Made by a program: the position numbers and the translations under genes. 53,481 nucleotides of DNA from a virus (taxonomy: Duplodnaviria; Caudoviricetes), in IMG/VR virus record IMGVR_UViG_3300026283_000082, positions 1 to 53,481 of that record; one strand, 5' to 3'. The notes beneath the pieces were generated by a model. The model did no database searches. It saw nothing but the letters and a program-made list of their open reading frames with translations, and was not told the origin of the DNA. Below, in pieces: positions 1-10,109 of the stretch (within the stretch, counting starts at the first letter, position 1; every line of letters begins with the position of its first letter).

Positions 1-1101
1 TCAGGAAGCGTCTGGAGACGACGGAAAGACGTGGCCGTTCCAGCCGCCATCGCCTTCGTCGGCACGGCGGGGTGCCCCCGCATGCGCCGCATACGCCTCA
101 GGAACGGCATACGCCGAGTGCATCGGCGCCGCGTTGCTCCGCGACGGCAGCGTGCCCGGCGGCGGGTTGTCGGACGTCGTCAAGGCGCGAGGTGCCATCG
201 CAATCGACTCCAACGGGGCGGGCATAGCCGGCATCGGCAGCGGCGCGTCCGGCGGGGTGGCAGGAGGCGAAGTCGCTGCTGCCGCACGCACGAGCGGCAG
301 CGGCCCACCGGGCGCTTCGGGCGGCGTGTGGAGGTAGCGTTGGTTGTTGGCGAGCACCTCGCGGGCCAAGCTCATGTAGTTGCGCGTGCCCAGGCTGGCG
401 GCGTCGTAGAGCAGCACCGGCTTGCCGAAGCTCGGCGCTTCGGCAAGTCGCACGTTGCGCTGCACGATGGTGCGGAACACCTTGTCGCCAAAATACCGGC
501 GGACTTCCTCGGCCACCTGCGTGGCCAAACGCAGACGTGTATCGTACATCGTGAGCAGCACGCCCTCGATCTCCAAATCCGGGTTGAGGTGCTGCCGGAC
601 GATCTTGATCGTGTTGAGCAGTTGCCCGAGGCCTTCGAGCGCAAAGTACTCGGCCTGCACCGGAATCAGCACCGAGTCGGCGGCGGTGAGCGCGTTGAGC
701 GTGAGCAGCCCGAGGCTGGGCGGGCAGTCGATGACGATAAAGTCGTAGCGGCGGCGGGCCTGCGCGAGCGCGTTTTTGAGCGCCCGTTCGCGCTCGGCCA
801 CGTCGATCATCTCAATCTCCGCGCCCACGAGATTGATGTGCGACGGGATGAGGTCGAGAAACGGCATTCCGGTGGGAATGGCGGCCTCCTCGGCGGTGGC
901 TTCGCCGATGAGCACCTCGTAGGCGCTCGTCGTCACGGTGCGCGGCTCGATGCCCGTACCGCTGGTACCGTTGGCTTGCGGGTCGAAGTCGAGGAGCAGC
1001 GTCGGATGCTCCGTTGCGGCGAGGCTGGCCGCAAGGTTCACCGCCGACGTCGTTTTGCCGACGCCGCCCTTCTGATTCGCCACGGCGATCACTTTACCCA
1101 T
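1..1101 (-). CDS. parA: Host chromosome-partitioning ATPase ParA/Soj with a Pro/Ala-rich C-terminal extension
   Basis: Starts [18 protein letters not shown] (deviant Walker A), with Dx[23 protein letters not shown] and [12 protein letters not shown] motifs. ATG at 1101; the longer ORF start at 1395 is unlikely. Confidence 0.95.
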   Translation of the reverse strand: MGKVIAVANQKGGVGKTTSAVNLAASLAATEHPTLLLDFDPQANGTSGTGIEPRTVTTSAYEVLIGEATAEEAAIPTGMPFLDLIPSHINLVGAEIEMIDVAERERALKNALAQARRRYDFIVIDCPPSLGLLTLNALTAADSVLIPVQAEYFALEGLGQLLNTIKIVRQHLNPDLEIEGVLLTMYDTRLRLATQVAEEVRRYFGDKVFRTIVQRNVRLAEAPSFGKPVLLYDAASLGTRNYMSLAREVLANNQRYLHTPPEAPGGPLPLVRAAAATSPPATPPDAPLPMPAMPAPLESIAMAPRALTTSDNPPPGTLPSRSNAAPMHSAYAVPEAYAAHAGAPRRADEGDGGWNGHVFPSSPDAS

Positions 1102-1372
1102 AGACACGGGGGGCCGCTTCGGCCCGGTACGCAAAGAGGCTGGGGGGACGGGTGGAATGTAGGGCTGCCCGCTCGCGTTCCGACCCCGTGGCCCGGACTT
1201 CACGGAAACGCGGGCCGCAGGCCGATCACAACGAAACGTCAACCGCCAACTTCGCACACTTCGCGTTGAAAACGGCGGACACACACAAAAGCGTCCCCTG
1301 ACCCCGATAATGCAGCGTGCATAGCCCCGAGGACGCCCAGTATTGGGCGATTGTTGCCACGAGCGGACAGTT

Positions 1373-1392
1373 GATCCGGCGACGATCCGGCG
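1373..1392. repeat. Direct repeat GATCCGGCG x2 with 11-bp period, possible integrase arm-type sites
   Basis: gatccggcg at 1373-1381 and 1384-1392, just downstream of the integrase stop. Confidence 0.35.
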
Positions 1393-1396
1393 CAAC

Positions 1397-2512
1397 TCAT
1401 ATGATGCCCGACAGGGCTGACTCTTCCCGGCTGAGGTCGCCGGAGGGAATGAAGTGGGAGTAGATGTTGAACGTCTCCCAAGACTTATGCCCCGTGTATT
1501 CCATCACCGTCCTCGGGGGCGTCCCGCTGGCGAGAAGGCGAGACACGAATGTGTGCCTGAGCGCGTGAAGCGAGAGCTCGGCGTCCATGCCTTCAGAGTC
1601 TACGATGTCGCTCACGAGATGCGTGACTGTTGAGGGGCTTATCGGACGCCCTCTGCCGCAGAATATGACCGTCTTTGCATCCGGGAATAGCAAACGCGCA
1701 TCCATTCTGCGAAGCACAAGTTCGCGGGTCGGCCCAAACAGCGGCACGGTTCGCTCCTCGTCGGTTTTCATGCCCCTGCCGTCTCGCGCTACGAACGAGA
1801 GCGTACCCGCCGAAAGGTTTACATCCTCCCACCGAAGGCCGATCATTTCGTACCGGCGGCCGCCGGTAAAAAGCCCGAGGCGAATAAAATCGGGAAGCCA
1901 CTGTCCATGACTCTGCTCCGCCCGCTCAATGAGGCGGACAATGGCCTCAGGACTGAATACCTTGGGTATCTTCTTGGGCACCTTGGGCTTTGCGGTCTTG
2001 GCGGCCAAGGCGTCTGTGTAGCCCGGAGGACAAGCTCCGACAAGCTCGCACCAGCGAAAGAAGGCCTTTGCCTGCGACAGGTAGACGCGGCGCGTGCCCG
2101 GCTTGTGATCGCCCGACCACACGTACTCGAAAAGGTCGGCCGGGGTTACGTCTGATACCCGCCTTCGGCGTCCGACAACGCCAATCATACGGCCAAGGCA
2201 GACTCTTTTGGACGAGAGCGTGGAGGCGGACAGTCCGGGGTCGTGGGCCATGTAGGCGCTGGCCGCCTCGCCGAGCGTCATCGTGCTCTCCTTGGAGGCC
2301 CAAGGATCAAGCACGCCCGCGTCTACGCGGTGCGCAATCTGCCTTGCCTCACGCACGGCCTCCTCTTCGCGGGGGCAAGAGAGCGAGATTTGCTTTCTCT
2401 TGCCCCCGCGAGTCACCTCCACGTAATACCCCCTGCCCGGCCGGAAGTAGAGCTTTACGCCCGGAACGCCGAGGTCAGGAAGGCTTCTTGAGTTTGTTCT
2501 TCTTGTGGGCAT
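1397..2512 (-). CDS. int: Tyrosine recombinase/integrase
   Basis: Catalytic set: TGGRRYE (R), MKT (K), HALRH (HxxR), TGH, IYSH (Y). N-terminal arm-binding-like region. Start placed at the ATG of MPTRR (2512). Confidence 0.93.
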   Translation of the reverse strand: MPTRRTNSRSLPDLGVPGVKLYFRPGRGYYVEVTRGGKRKQISLSCPREEEAVREARQIAHRVDAGVLDPWASKESTMTLGEAASAYMAHDPGLSASTLSSKRVCLGRMIGVVGRRRRVSDVTPADLFEYVWSGDHKPGTRRVYLSQAKAFFRWCELVGACPPGYTDALAAKTAKPKVPKKIPKVFSPEAIVRLIERAEQSHGQWLPDFIRLGLFTGGRRYEMIGLRWEDVNLSAGTLSFVARDGRGMKTDEERTVPLFGPTRELVLRRMDARLLFPDAKTVIFCGRGRPISPSTVTHLVSDIVDSEGMDAELSLHALRHTFVSRLLASGTPPRTVMEYTGHKSWETFNIYSHFIPSGDLSREESALSGII

Positions 2513-2816
2513 TGCTGGTGGTTCGCGCGGCTTTGTACCGCTCAAGTTCAGGGCGTGGTATGCGCAAAAGTGCGCCTTCTCGCGTGGCGGCAATGAGTCC
2601 TGATTCGATTCGGCGGCGCAGCGTGCGCGTGCTTATGCCAAGGCTGCTTGCGGCCGCGTCAAGCGAAAGGTCGCCTTCGACGCCGCCGTCCCGGCCCGCG
2701 AGCGACACAAGACGCTCAAGACGCAGGGCGAGAGCCTCAAGCCGGTTGATGGTTTCGTCGAGGGCCTGTGGCCCACTTGGGACGCCCTTCGCGTCCCTGT
2801 CTGCTGGGAATGGCAT
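2475..2816 (-). CDS. Excisionase-like HTH protein
   Basis: LSLDAAASSLGISTRTLRRRIESGLIAA..GALLRIPRPELERY fits a MerR/HTH_17 pattern; overlaps the integrase start; preceded by the leader motif. Confidence 0.85.
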   Translation of the reverse strand: MPFPADRDAKGVPSGPQALDETINRLEALALRLERLVSLAGRDGGVEGDLSLDAAASSLGISTRTLRRRIESGLIAATREGALLRIPRPELERYKAARTTSNAHKKNKLKKPS

Positions 2817-2884
2817 TCTTCTGGTATTTGCGCCCTCGGTAAAGGGCTGCGTCGAGATTGAAGCGTCGTCTGTGGCGGGGCCGG

Positions 2885-3247
2885 TCAGAACGCCTTGCCG
2901 CCGTGCTTGTGAGGGCGGCTCTTGTTGTAGGCTATCTTGGCGACAACAGCCTCGGCGATTCGCCAGCCACGGGCGGGGCCCATGTCCATAATGCGGATAA
3001 TCGTGTCCGCCATTTTGGCCTCGGCCCCGGAAAAGGCGGGAATCTTGTCGTCTGGCGGATTGCCCGCGCGGAGCGCCTCCAGAGCCTCTGAAAGCTCGGA
3101 GTGCATAAGCGCGATGATCTCGCCGTCATTTCTTGGCGCGTCCCACCAGCCCTTTTCTCTGGCAGTGTCGTGAACGGCCTGCGACATCTCGCCAAACGCG
3201 GCGATGAAACGCGCGTTTGGCGTTTGGCTCTTCTGATCTTGACTCAC
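2885..3247 (-). CDS. MazG-like nucleotide pyrophosphohydrolase family protein
   Basis: AREKGWW..IALMHSELSEALEALR...ADTIIRIMD...KIAYNKSRPHKHG. Confidence 0.75.
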   Translation of the reverse strand: MSQDQKSQTPNARFIAAFGEMSQAVHDTAREKGWWDAPRNDGEIIALMHSELSEALEALRAGNPPDDKIPAFSGAEAKMADTIIRIMDMGPARGWRIAEAVVAKIAYNKSRPHKHGGKAF

Positions 3248-3259
3248 GGGTACGTGGGT

Positions 3260-3787
3260 TTAGGTGTTTGGCCGACCGGCACCTCCGGGCGGCTTTTGCT
3301 GCCTCTTTCGGGGCATGGTTTCCATGTCAAGCCTTGCCTCCGACGACCCGTCAATGCCGTGGAGCCTGCGCTTTAGCGCATCCCTAACCAGAACGATTTC
3401 CGGGGGAACGCCATCAAGTCCCCTGAGCGCCTCAAGGGATCGGTACGCTGCAAGCATAAGCCCGTCATCGCCGTCTTCGGGGTTGACGCCGAGAGGAGCC
3501 GTCTCGATGCGGCGAATCTCCAAGCGGAGCCATGCCTTTAGCCGCTGAAGCTCGTCCTGCTTGAAGTGCAGGGCCTTGAGCGTCCCGGCTCGCCACTTTC
3601 TCCACTTGACCGCAGAGAGCCTTCTGCCAGTCGGAGTCACCCGATCCGGGTCGGCCAGCATGGCCTCCATGTTCTTGATGTCGAACACGGTTTTGGCGAT
3701 GCGCTCGCGCGCTCGGGCTGCGTCCTTGGGCGGCTGGAAGACAGGGGCGTCCTGTCCAGCCGTGCTGTCTTCTTTTTGTGTGGGCAT
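3260..3787 (-). CDS. Hypothetical phage protein
   Basis: 175-aa ORF in the minus-strand operon with helical composition. Confidence 0.6.
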   Translation of the reverse strand: MPTQKEDSTAGQDAPVFQPPKDAARARERIAKTVFDIKNMEAMLADPDRVTPTGRRLSAVKWRKWRAGTLKALHFKQDELQRLKAWLRLEIRRIETAPLGVNPEDGDDGLMLAAYRSLEALRGLDGVPPEIVLVRDALKRRLHGIDGSSEARLDMETMPRKRQQKPPGGAGRPNT

Positions 3788-3838
3788 CCCATTGGTGGTG
3801 GGCTTTGCGCCCGCTCGGCGCTTTTAGAATATAGCAAC

Positions 3839-4270
3839 TCAAACAGGTACGATGGTAATGAAAGTCGTTGGGCCCTCTGGTGGGGCCATCGTCTGGTCGC
3901 AGGTGAGTTTGCGCAGCGCCGAGCGGTCGTCGTCCAACACCCATCCGCTATGCCGAAGAGCGTCGAGGGGTATCTTGCACGATCCGTAGAGGTTGTCAAG
4001 GTCGAGCGCATCGCGCCGACCAACCGCCCGCACGACGTGCGCCTCAAAAGCTGGTATGGGGTTGTGCCTTGGCGAGCGCGCGGCGCGCAGAGACACCTTC
4101 CAATCCCGAAGAATCAGCGCATAGTCGCTGTGTTTCATCCGAAGCAACTCGTTCAAGCTTGGCGCAGCGCAGGGCACCTCGATGAGATACGCCGCGCCAT
4201 CGCCCTCTCCAAGGCGAGTTACGACTACGCCGCCATGTCGTATGACGTGCTGCCTCTTGATGGACTTCAT
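3839..4270 (-). CDS. RusA-like Holliday junction resolvase
   Basis: APSLN...DLDNLYGSCKIPLDALRHSGWVLDDD (DxDN..K..DAL....DD motif). Confidence 0.8.
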   Translation of the reverse strand: MKSIKRQHVIRHGGVVVTRLGEGDGAAYLIEVPCAAPSLNELLRMKHSDYALILRDWKVSLRAARSPRHNPIPAFEAHVVRAVGRRDALDLDNLYGSCKIPLDALRHSGWVLDDDRSALRKLTCDQTMAPPEGPTTFITIVPV

Positions 4271-4282
4271 TGCGATGTTGTC

Positions 4283-4645
4283 TTAGATGCCCGACTTTGG
4301 CTTGGGACCCCGTTTGCGCGGCCGATAGCGTCCGAGTCGTCTTGCCGCATAGACGGCGGCGACGAGCGCGTCTGCAAACGTGGCATCCTCGCTCCTTCTC
4401 GACAGCGCCCTCTGGTAGTGCCACACAGCCTGACTGTGAGACCGGAGGCCGAATAGCCGTGCCACTTGGCGAATAGGAATACCAGCCGCGAACCGAAGTG
4501 CGTATATGGCCGCCGTCTTTGCATCGAGCGCGTTTGGCTTCTGCGCGCCGCTTCCTCGCTTGAGCGCGTCCGAGGGCGAGGCCCCGAGTACGGCGCAGGC
4601 TGCAAGGAGCGGGGCGATTTCTTTTCGTCCAGAGATGAGCGTCAT
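4283..4645 (-). CDS. DnaA C-terminal-like HTH DNA-binding protein
   Basis: AKTAAIYALRFAAGIPIRQVARLFGLRSHSQAVWHYQR resembles the DnaA domain IV HTH; ATGA-coupled to the upstream gene. Confidence 0.6.
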   Translation of the reverse strand: MTLISGRKEIAPLLAACAVLGASPSDALKRGSGAQKPNALDAKTAAIYALRFAAGIPIRQVARLFGLRSHSQAVWHYQRALSRRSEDATFADALVAAVYAARRLGRYRPRKRGPKPKSGI

Positions 4646-5340
4646 AGCCGTACGATTACCGGCCGCGCCCGGCGCTCCCGACTGCGGGGGGCGCTTCCGG
4701 GGCGTCGAAAGTGGAATAGGTGGCCGCCGTAGTTGTACGTCCTGTCTTCGCCCGGAGGCTTAGCCCCCGGAGCGCCTTCGTGAGGGCCGGGAACGAGCAG
4801 GGCTGCCTGCTGGCGAAGACTCGGGTAGTGGTTCTTGTGGGCTCCGATACGGATTTGGTAGAACCGGAAGCCAAGGTTTGTCTTGTTCCTGATCTCGGAG
4901 AGCGTGTCCTGCGTGCAGATAGGGCCGTCGTACTTGCCTGTTTGAGAGCCAAGAAGAACCTCCATGTTGAAGTCCCGAACGGGCACGATCACGTACGGCT
5001 CAAGCGCGTGCCTAATCGGGCTCCAGTAGATGTCTCCATCCCAAAGTGCGGAGCCAGAAGCGGCAACGTGTTTGGCCTCGGCGGCGCGCGTTGCCGAAAG
5101 GGCTGGCGACTCTCCGGAGGGCCAAACCTCCACAAAACCCTTCATGTAGAGCCTTGTGAGGTTGTGCACGTAGGCGATGTTTGCGGCACTGGTCGTTTGT
5201 GGCTCCCAGTTTTCAAACGCATCGTCAAACACAACCCGCCCCTCTGCATCCGACAAGATCAAACCGTCTTGAATGGCGCGGCGAATGTCAGAGGGCGTGA
5301 CGAACTTGGCGAGCGCGGCGATGTTTTGCGCAATCGTCAT
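4642..5340 (-). CDS. Hypothetical phage protein
   Basis: 232-aa ORF, ATGA-coupled on both sides. Confidence 0.65.
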   Translation of the reverse strand: MTIAQNIAALAKFVTPSDIRRAIQDGLILSDAEGRVVFDDAFENWEPQTTSAANIAYVHNLTRLYMKGFVEVWPSGESPALSATRAAEAKHVAASGSALWDGDIYWSPIRHALEPYVIVPVRDFNMEVLLGSQTGKYDGPICTQDTLSEIRNKTNLGFRFYQIRIGAHKNHYPSLRQQAALLVPGPHEGAPGAKPPGEDRTYNYGGHLFHFRRPGSAPRSRERRARPVIVRL

Positions 5341-5693
5341 CGGCGATCACCTCCGCCGCTCTCAGGCGCAGATTCTTGGCCCGAATCGCTCCTGCGATGC
5401 CGGGCCAAAAGCGCGGCTTGGCTGTCAATGTCTTTGTAGGCTTGGGTCAAAGACTCTCGAAGAGCCTCGGCCTCGGCGTGCAGCATCTTCACCTCCCAAG
5501 CCTTCACCCAAATGACGCCCCCAGTGGCGCGGGCGAAGTCGATCTCTCGTCTGATTTCGGCCATGAGCGGCCGCCTGTCGAAAAACCACGACCCTATGGC
5601 CTCGCCAAGGCATCTTGCATAGTCTCGCAATCCAAGTCGTGGTTTTTGGGTTAGATATGGTCGCGGCTCTTTCTGTGTGACGTAGGTGTTCAT
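5337..5693 (-). CDS. Hypothetical protein with coiled-coil C-terminus
   Basis: ATG (MNTY) at 5693 overlaps the primase stop (ATGA). Confidence 0.6.
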   Translation of the reverse strand: MNTYVTQKEPRPYLTQKPRLGLRDYARCLGEAIGSWFFDRRPLMAEIRREIDFARATGGVIWVKAWEVKMLHAEAEALRESLTQAYKDIDSQAALLARHRRSDSGQESAPESGGGDRR

Positions 5694-7288
5694 CTTGGCT
5701 TCCCCTGATAGTAGCCTGCCCCGGTGGCCTTGACCGCCGAGGCAAACCGTCTCTGTAAAGAACCCTCCCGCATAGGAGGACGACATTTTGCGTTGACCTC
5801 TCGCAGCTTCTCCATCGCTACGGCCGTGTTGAGGTCACTTTCTCGCAGCAGGCCGCAGGCCGCAACGAAAAGCAGCTTGTCTCGGCCCACGAACACCCGC
5901 CCCCCGATGGGCGGATGCCACTCCTCGGCCTGAGCGCAACCCTCGTAGGCAGCGGCCATCACTGAGCCGCTGCCATCGCCATCTTCTGAAGCCAATCCGG
6001 GGCGCGATGCCGACTGAGCGCCGTAGGTCGGCATCGCGCCCGGCCGGGAGGCCTCAGCCGCTTCAACCATAACATCCACCAGTTCGTCGCACGGGATTTC
6101 GCGGCGTGGGTCTGGTGGGTCGAACACGCGAAGCTCGCGGCAGTCCTCGATCACATCCCAAACGCCTCTGAAGGCCAAAAAACGCTTCGCTGAGTAGGCA
6201 TTGCAATACAGGCCGCTTTCGTCATGGCGCGATCCGGGCAGTCGCACAGGCTGGTGCGGAAGAAGCACGCATTTGTCTACCTCCTCGCCCCACTCGGTAA
6301 GGAGCTTAGCAAAGAGCGAGAGCACCCGAAGCGCGTGCGCGGGGCTTCTGAAGACCGGCCCCCCGACCATGCCCGATGGCACGCGCACGTGAAAGCCCCG
6401 GCCCCCGGTGTACGACACCACGACGCGGGACAGGTCAGCGCCGTAGAGCCCTATCATTTCCACGATGGTTCGAGCCGAGAAAAAGGCTTCTTCCACGTCC
6501 TGCCCCCGATCCACGTCGAGCGTGATCCAGTTGAAAAGGCATGGGGCTGTATCTCGGCTGTCAAAGTCGCCGCGCTTCCACGCGCCAGAGGAAACGTATC
6601 TCGCCCCAGCCGCGCCGCGCCCAACCACCCTGACCCACGTGAGATAGTCAACCTCGAATCCGGCATCGTGCACGTCGTAGCGCGCAATGCCCCTTGTGTA
6701 GAGAAGCGGGCTTTCTGCCTGAAAGGCCTCACCAAGCGAGTCCACACGGTTGACGTAGGCGTCGGCCTCGGATTCGCCGGACGCCTGAGAAAACCTCGGA
6801 GACTGAAGAGGAATGACAGCCGCAGGCGCGGCTGGTGCCGTAGGACAGGACTCCCCGCCATCAAACCCAAGACGCCACACGCTGCCGCTACGGCCGCTTC
6901 CGACTCCCCGGAGGCGCACAAGCAGGCCGCTACTAAGCAGCGAGTCTACCGACGCGAGCACTCTTCTGTAGAAGGCGTCGAATCCGCTGTCCTGTGGCGA
7001 GGCGAAGTACCAGCGCGCCCAAAGACGGGAGGCGACAGTCTTGGCGCTTAGCACGAACTCACCGTCCTCAAGAACCTCTATCGACTCGCCAATGTCCACC
7101 GTCACGGGGCGTTCGGGGAGGGCAATAGCGGATTTCTGCATCGTCCACACAAAGCCCGAAAGCGCAGCCGCATCTGCTCTTGGGCTCTTTCGTGATCGCG
7201 CCGGAATCCCGCAGGCGACCTGCCTTGGAAGCAGGCAAAAGGCGCTTGGGTCGGCTTCGGCAAGACCGAATCGGTCTACGTGACGCAT
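5690..7288 (-). CDS. Archaeo-eukaryotic-type primase/polymerase
   Basis: ITLDVD (DxD), SYTGGRGFHV (SG.xG.H) and RLPGS motifs, with a PriCT-like C-terminus (NAKCRPPM). Start set at ATG 7288, which carries the leader motif. Confidence 0.8.
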   Translation of the reverse strand: MRHVDRFGLAEADPSAFCLLPRQVACGIPARSRKSPRADAAALSGFVWTMQKSAIALPERPVTVDIGESIEVLEDGEFVLSAKTVASRLWARWYFASPQDSGFDAFYRRVLASVDSLLSSGLLVRLRGVGSGRSGSVWRLGFDGGESCPTAPAAPAAVIPLQSPRFSQASGESEADAYVNRVDSLGEAFQAESPLLYTRGIARYDVHDAGFEVDYLTWVRVVGRGAAGARYVSSGAWKRGDFDSRDTAPCLFNWITLDVDRGQDVEEAFFSARTIVEMIGLYGADLSRVVVSYTGGRGFHVRVPSGMVGGPVFRSPAHALRVLSLFAKLLTEWGEEVDKCVLLPHQPVRLPGSRHDESGLYCNAYSAKRFLAFRGVWDVIEDCRELRVFDPPDPRREIPCDELVDVMVEAAEASRPGAMPTYGAQSASRPGLASEDGDGSGSVMAAAYEGCAQAEEWHPPIGGRVFVGRDKLLFVAACGLLRESDLNTAVAMEKLREVNAKCRPPMREGSLQRRFASAVKATGAGYYQGKPR

Positions 7289-7393
7289 CTTTCTGATAGT
7301 GACGGGCCGCCGGTTAGCGGCCTGTGGTGGATGACAATATAGAAAAGCGGACACCCTGCCCGCTGCCCATTTTGGAGGCGGCCCCTGCCTGCG

Positions 7394-9232
7394 CTACGGC
7401 CTCGAAAGGCTTAGGCCCGCCGATATGAGGTCGCTCGCCACGCCAGAGCTCGTTGCCAGATTCGCGTCGATGCCGAGCCTACGTAGCATTTGGACCTGCC
7501 CCTTGGTGGGACGCCCCCTGCGCCAAGCGGCGTCCTTCCTGACCGCCGCCGCCGCGTCGGGGTGGCGCTGGCGAAGCCCCTCGTCAACCGCCTCAACAGC
7601 CTGCTCAAGCGTGCCGTAGCGGGCCGAGCCGGTCACGCGCTTTTCGCTCAGGTACCGCCCAGCCTCTCTGTCAAAGCGCCGAGGATGTATAGCCTTCACG
7701 CGGAATCCCCCTTCGACATTGTCCGGCTCGACGCGAAGGTGCAGCGAACCGCCCGTGTCGGAAAGGCCGGGAACGTCAAGCTGCCAAGAGCCGTCGCCGA
7801 TGTTGAGCCACGTGTTGCGCGTGCACGCGAGGGAGTGGTGGCTTTTGGCTCTTGCCATAAAATCTATGCGCCGAACCTCGATCTCCACGCCGTCGAGCGA
7901 TAGCGCCGCTTTGATTGCTTCAGCCTTGTCCGGGTTCTGCTCGGACGCCGCCTCGACAACATCAACCACGTCGCGTATGATGCGCTTGCCCTCTGCGCGG
8001 AACTTGGCAGGAAGGCCAAACAGGCTCGGCACCGTGACGATGCCGTCGTAGTCGGCGTCCACAAAATCAAGGACAAGGGCCGCCGGTTTCTTGGAGGACG
8101 CAATAGCGGCAAGTCTTTCTTCGGCTGTCGGAAGGTTGCCGAGATCGCTCGGGATCGTCCGAAGGCCACGTCCGAGCATCTGCTCCATAAGCGGCTTGCT
8201 TTTGGTCGGACGGGCCATCAAAAGACACTCGACACGCCCATCGTAGCCCTCCACCCAGAGCCCGTAGTTGGCGAGCAGGTCGATCTCGCCCGATTCGTGG
8301 GCAAGCAGCATAGCGCGGCGCTCGTTGGCGTCTGTGAGATAGTCGGCGCTGGCCGCTCGTATGCCGTGGCGGCGAGCCTCGTCAGCGAGGTCGTGGGCGT
8401 GGTGCCTGTCGGCGCAAAATGCCATCGCAGACATGAGCGACCCGTCAGGCCTTCGGGCCTCTTTGAGATACGCCTTGATGATGGAGGCGTTTCGCTCTGG
8501 GTTGTTGACCCGTCGTCCGAGTTCGCCGATGGCAAAGTCCCCCATCGAAGTGCCAACACCCTTCAGGCTGGTCTTGGTTGTGATCGAGAGGGGCGTGGGC
8601 TCGCACAGGTACCCCTGCCTCACCATCTTGACCATGCCCATCGAGAAGACGATCTCCGAAAAGAACGCGGACAGGCCCACCTTGTCGTTTCGGTTGGGCG
8701 TGGCCGTAACGCCAACGAGCAGACGGTGCTGCCCGTCCGGCAGCAAGCTCGGGCCGTCCCGGCGAGACCCAAGGCCAAGCGCCGTGAGCACGGTGTCGTA
8801 CTGACTTCCCGGCCTCATGTGGTGCGCCTCATCCACAACGACAATCCCTACGTCCATGTAGGCGAGAAGCCGGGCAAGACGCGGGGATTTTTTTCGGCCG
8901 ATGGTCTGAACGCTCGCCACGACAATGCGGGCCATCGGCGATGCCCTGTGCTCAGCCTTCTCCACCTCGACAAGCACGTTGTCTCCAAGCACCAGCCGCA
9001 TCTTGGCGACCGTTTGCCAGACAAGCTCATCGCGGTGCACGAGCACGAGCACGCCATGCCGGGCAAGCTCGGGGAGCACGGCAGGCAGCGCCGAGAACAC
9101 AATGGTCTTGCCTCCTCCGGTTGCGAGGTGGACAAGAGGATCGTAAACGCCCGAGCGAACCGACGCCGCGACCGAATCGTGACAGGCGTGCTGATAGTCC
9201 CGGAGCACGAGGCCCGGTCGCATCTGAAACAT
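7394..9232 (-). CDS. SF2 DEAD/DEAH-box helicase (phage type)
   Basis: LRDYQ, LATGGGKT, VVDEAHH, TATPNR, EGYD, MARPTKS, QMLGRGLR. Confidence 0.93.
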   Translation of the reverse strand: MFQMRPGLVLRDYQHACHDSVAASVRSGVYDPLVHLATGGGKTIVFSALPAVLPELARHGVLVLVHRDELVWQTVAKMRLVLGDNVLVEVEKAEHRASPMARIVVASVQTIGRKKSPRLARLLAYMDVGIVVVDEAHHMRPGSQYDTVLTALGLGSRRDGPSLLPDGQHRLLVGVTATPNRNDKVGLSAFFSEIVFSMGMVKMVRQGYLCEPTPLSITTKTSLKGVGTSMGDFAIGELGRRVNNPERNASIIKAYLKEARRPDGSLMSAMAFCADRHHAHDLADEARRHGIRAASADYLTDANERRAMLLAHESGEIDLLANYGLWVEGYDGRVECLLMARPTKSKPLMEQMLGRGLRTIPSDLGNLPTAEERLAAIASSKKPAALVLDFVDADYDGIVTVPSLFGLPAKFRAEGKRIIRDVVDVVEAASEQNPDKAEAIKAALSLDGVEIEVRRIDFMARAKSHHSLACTRNTWLNIGDGSWQLDVPGLSDTGGSLHLRVEPDNVEGGFRVKAIHPRRFDREAGRYLSEKRVTGSARYGTLEQAVEAVDEGLRQRHPDAAAAVRKDAAWRRGRPTKGQVQMLRRLGIDANLATSSGVASDLISAGLSLSRP

Positions 9233-9340
9233 GACTCTTCTGGTTGGTCCGGATTTGTCGATCCGGGTGGTTCACCACGCGCCCTGCGGGAAGCGAGGCA
9301 TCGCTTGTTGTAGATTGGGCGCTGTTTTCTCCGGCACGCT

Positions 9341-9745
9341 ATGCGCTACGCCCTCCTGTCCGCACTCCTACTCGCCTCCGGCTGCTCGCTGCTGGCCCAC
9401 GGGCCGTCCAAAAACCGAAGCATAAACGGGGAAGTGCCTGTGCCTGCCGACATTGAGCAGCCGGAGGCGTTTCGCAGGCTGGTTGCTATGGCCGAGCGGG
9501 AGCGTTGGCATATTGAGGGTTACGCCGAGGCGTCGCGTACATTTTCGGCTTACTGGATACGAGGAGGCATCGACCAGATGGCTTCATCCTCTCCGGGGTA
9601 CAGGGCCGAGGTGACGCTTCGCGTGCTTGATCGCCGGGTGAGCTTCACCTGCGAGGCTGTAATCGTCGGGAACGCTGACGAGTTGATGTCCGAGGCCTGC
9701 GGGGGCATGGCTGCGCAGATCGAGCGGGCCCTTGCCACCGAGTAG
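9341..9745 (+). CDS. Lipoprotein, counter-oriented (moron-like)
   Basis: MRYALLSALLLASG|C type II signal peptide and lipobox; the only convincing plus-strand gene in the early arm. Confidence 0.75.
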   Translation: MRYALLSALLLASGCSLLAHGPSKNRSINGEVPVPADIEQPEAFRRLVAMAERERWHIEGYAEASRTFSAYWIRGGIDQMASSSPGYRAEVTLRVLDRRVSFTCEAVIVGNADELMSEACGGMAAQIERALATE

Positions 9746-9748
9746 TCG

Positions 9749-9916
9749 TCACCCCAAGACGCCATAGGCGATGCCGAGGGCGTTCGGTTCGCCACGCATC
9801 TCCTTTGCCTGACCGCCGCGCCCCTGCCGGGCAACGTTGTCGCCGAAGAGGTAGATGCGGTCGGGGTGGGCGCGAAGATCGTCGCGCTTGATTTGGTCTT
9901 GGTAGAGAATGGGCAT
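9749..9916 (-). pseudogene. Probably truncated phage protein of the 'FGDN...GGQA...EPNA.GI' type
   Basis: MPILYQDQIKRDDLRAHPDRIYLFGDNVARQGRGGQAKEMRGEPNALGIA stops 5 residues later, abutting the lipoprotein stop. Confidence 0.45.
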
Positions 9917-10109
9917 TACTTCAGTCGTCCAGATTGTGCGGAAGCCCCCGAAGTCGCTTGTCCCACTCCACGACGAGGTAAAAAAGCACGCGGGCGTGGG
10001 TTCCAGTCCTTCGGCGACGCGGGCGGGGTTGACCTGCTCTTTGATGTATCGAAGGAAGGCGTCCTCTTCGAACCAGAGGCGGTTGTGGCCGAGGTCGGCC
10101 CGCGCCGCG

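Noticed and set aside
31-1269. Long plus-strand ORF opposite parA, and similar antisense ORFs (for example 8297-9313, 15776-16723, 21208-22410, 35073-36353, 39923-40954)
   Set aside because: Shadow frames typical of GC-rich coding DNA; no motifs, and they lie opposite well-supported genes
1200-1396. Possible tRNA or tmRNA integration target next to the integrase
   Set aside because: No T-arm or cloverleaf found on either strand
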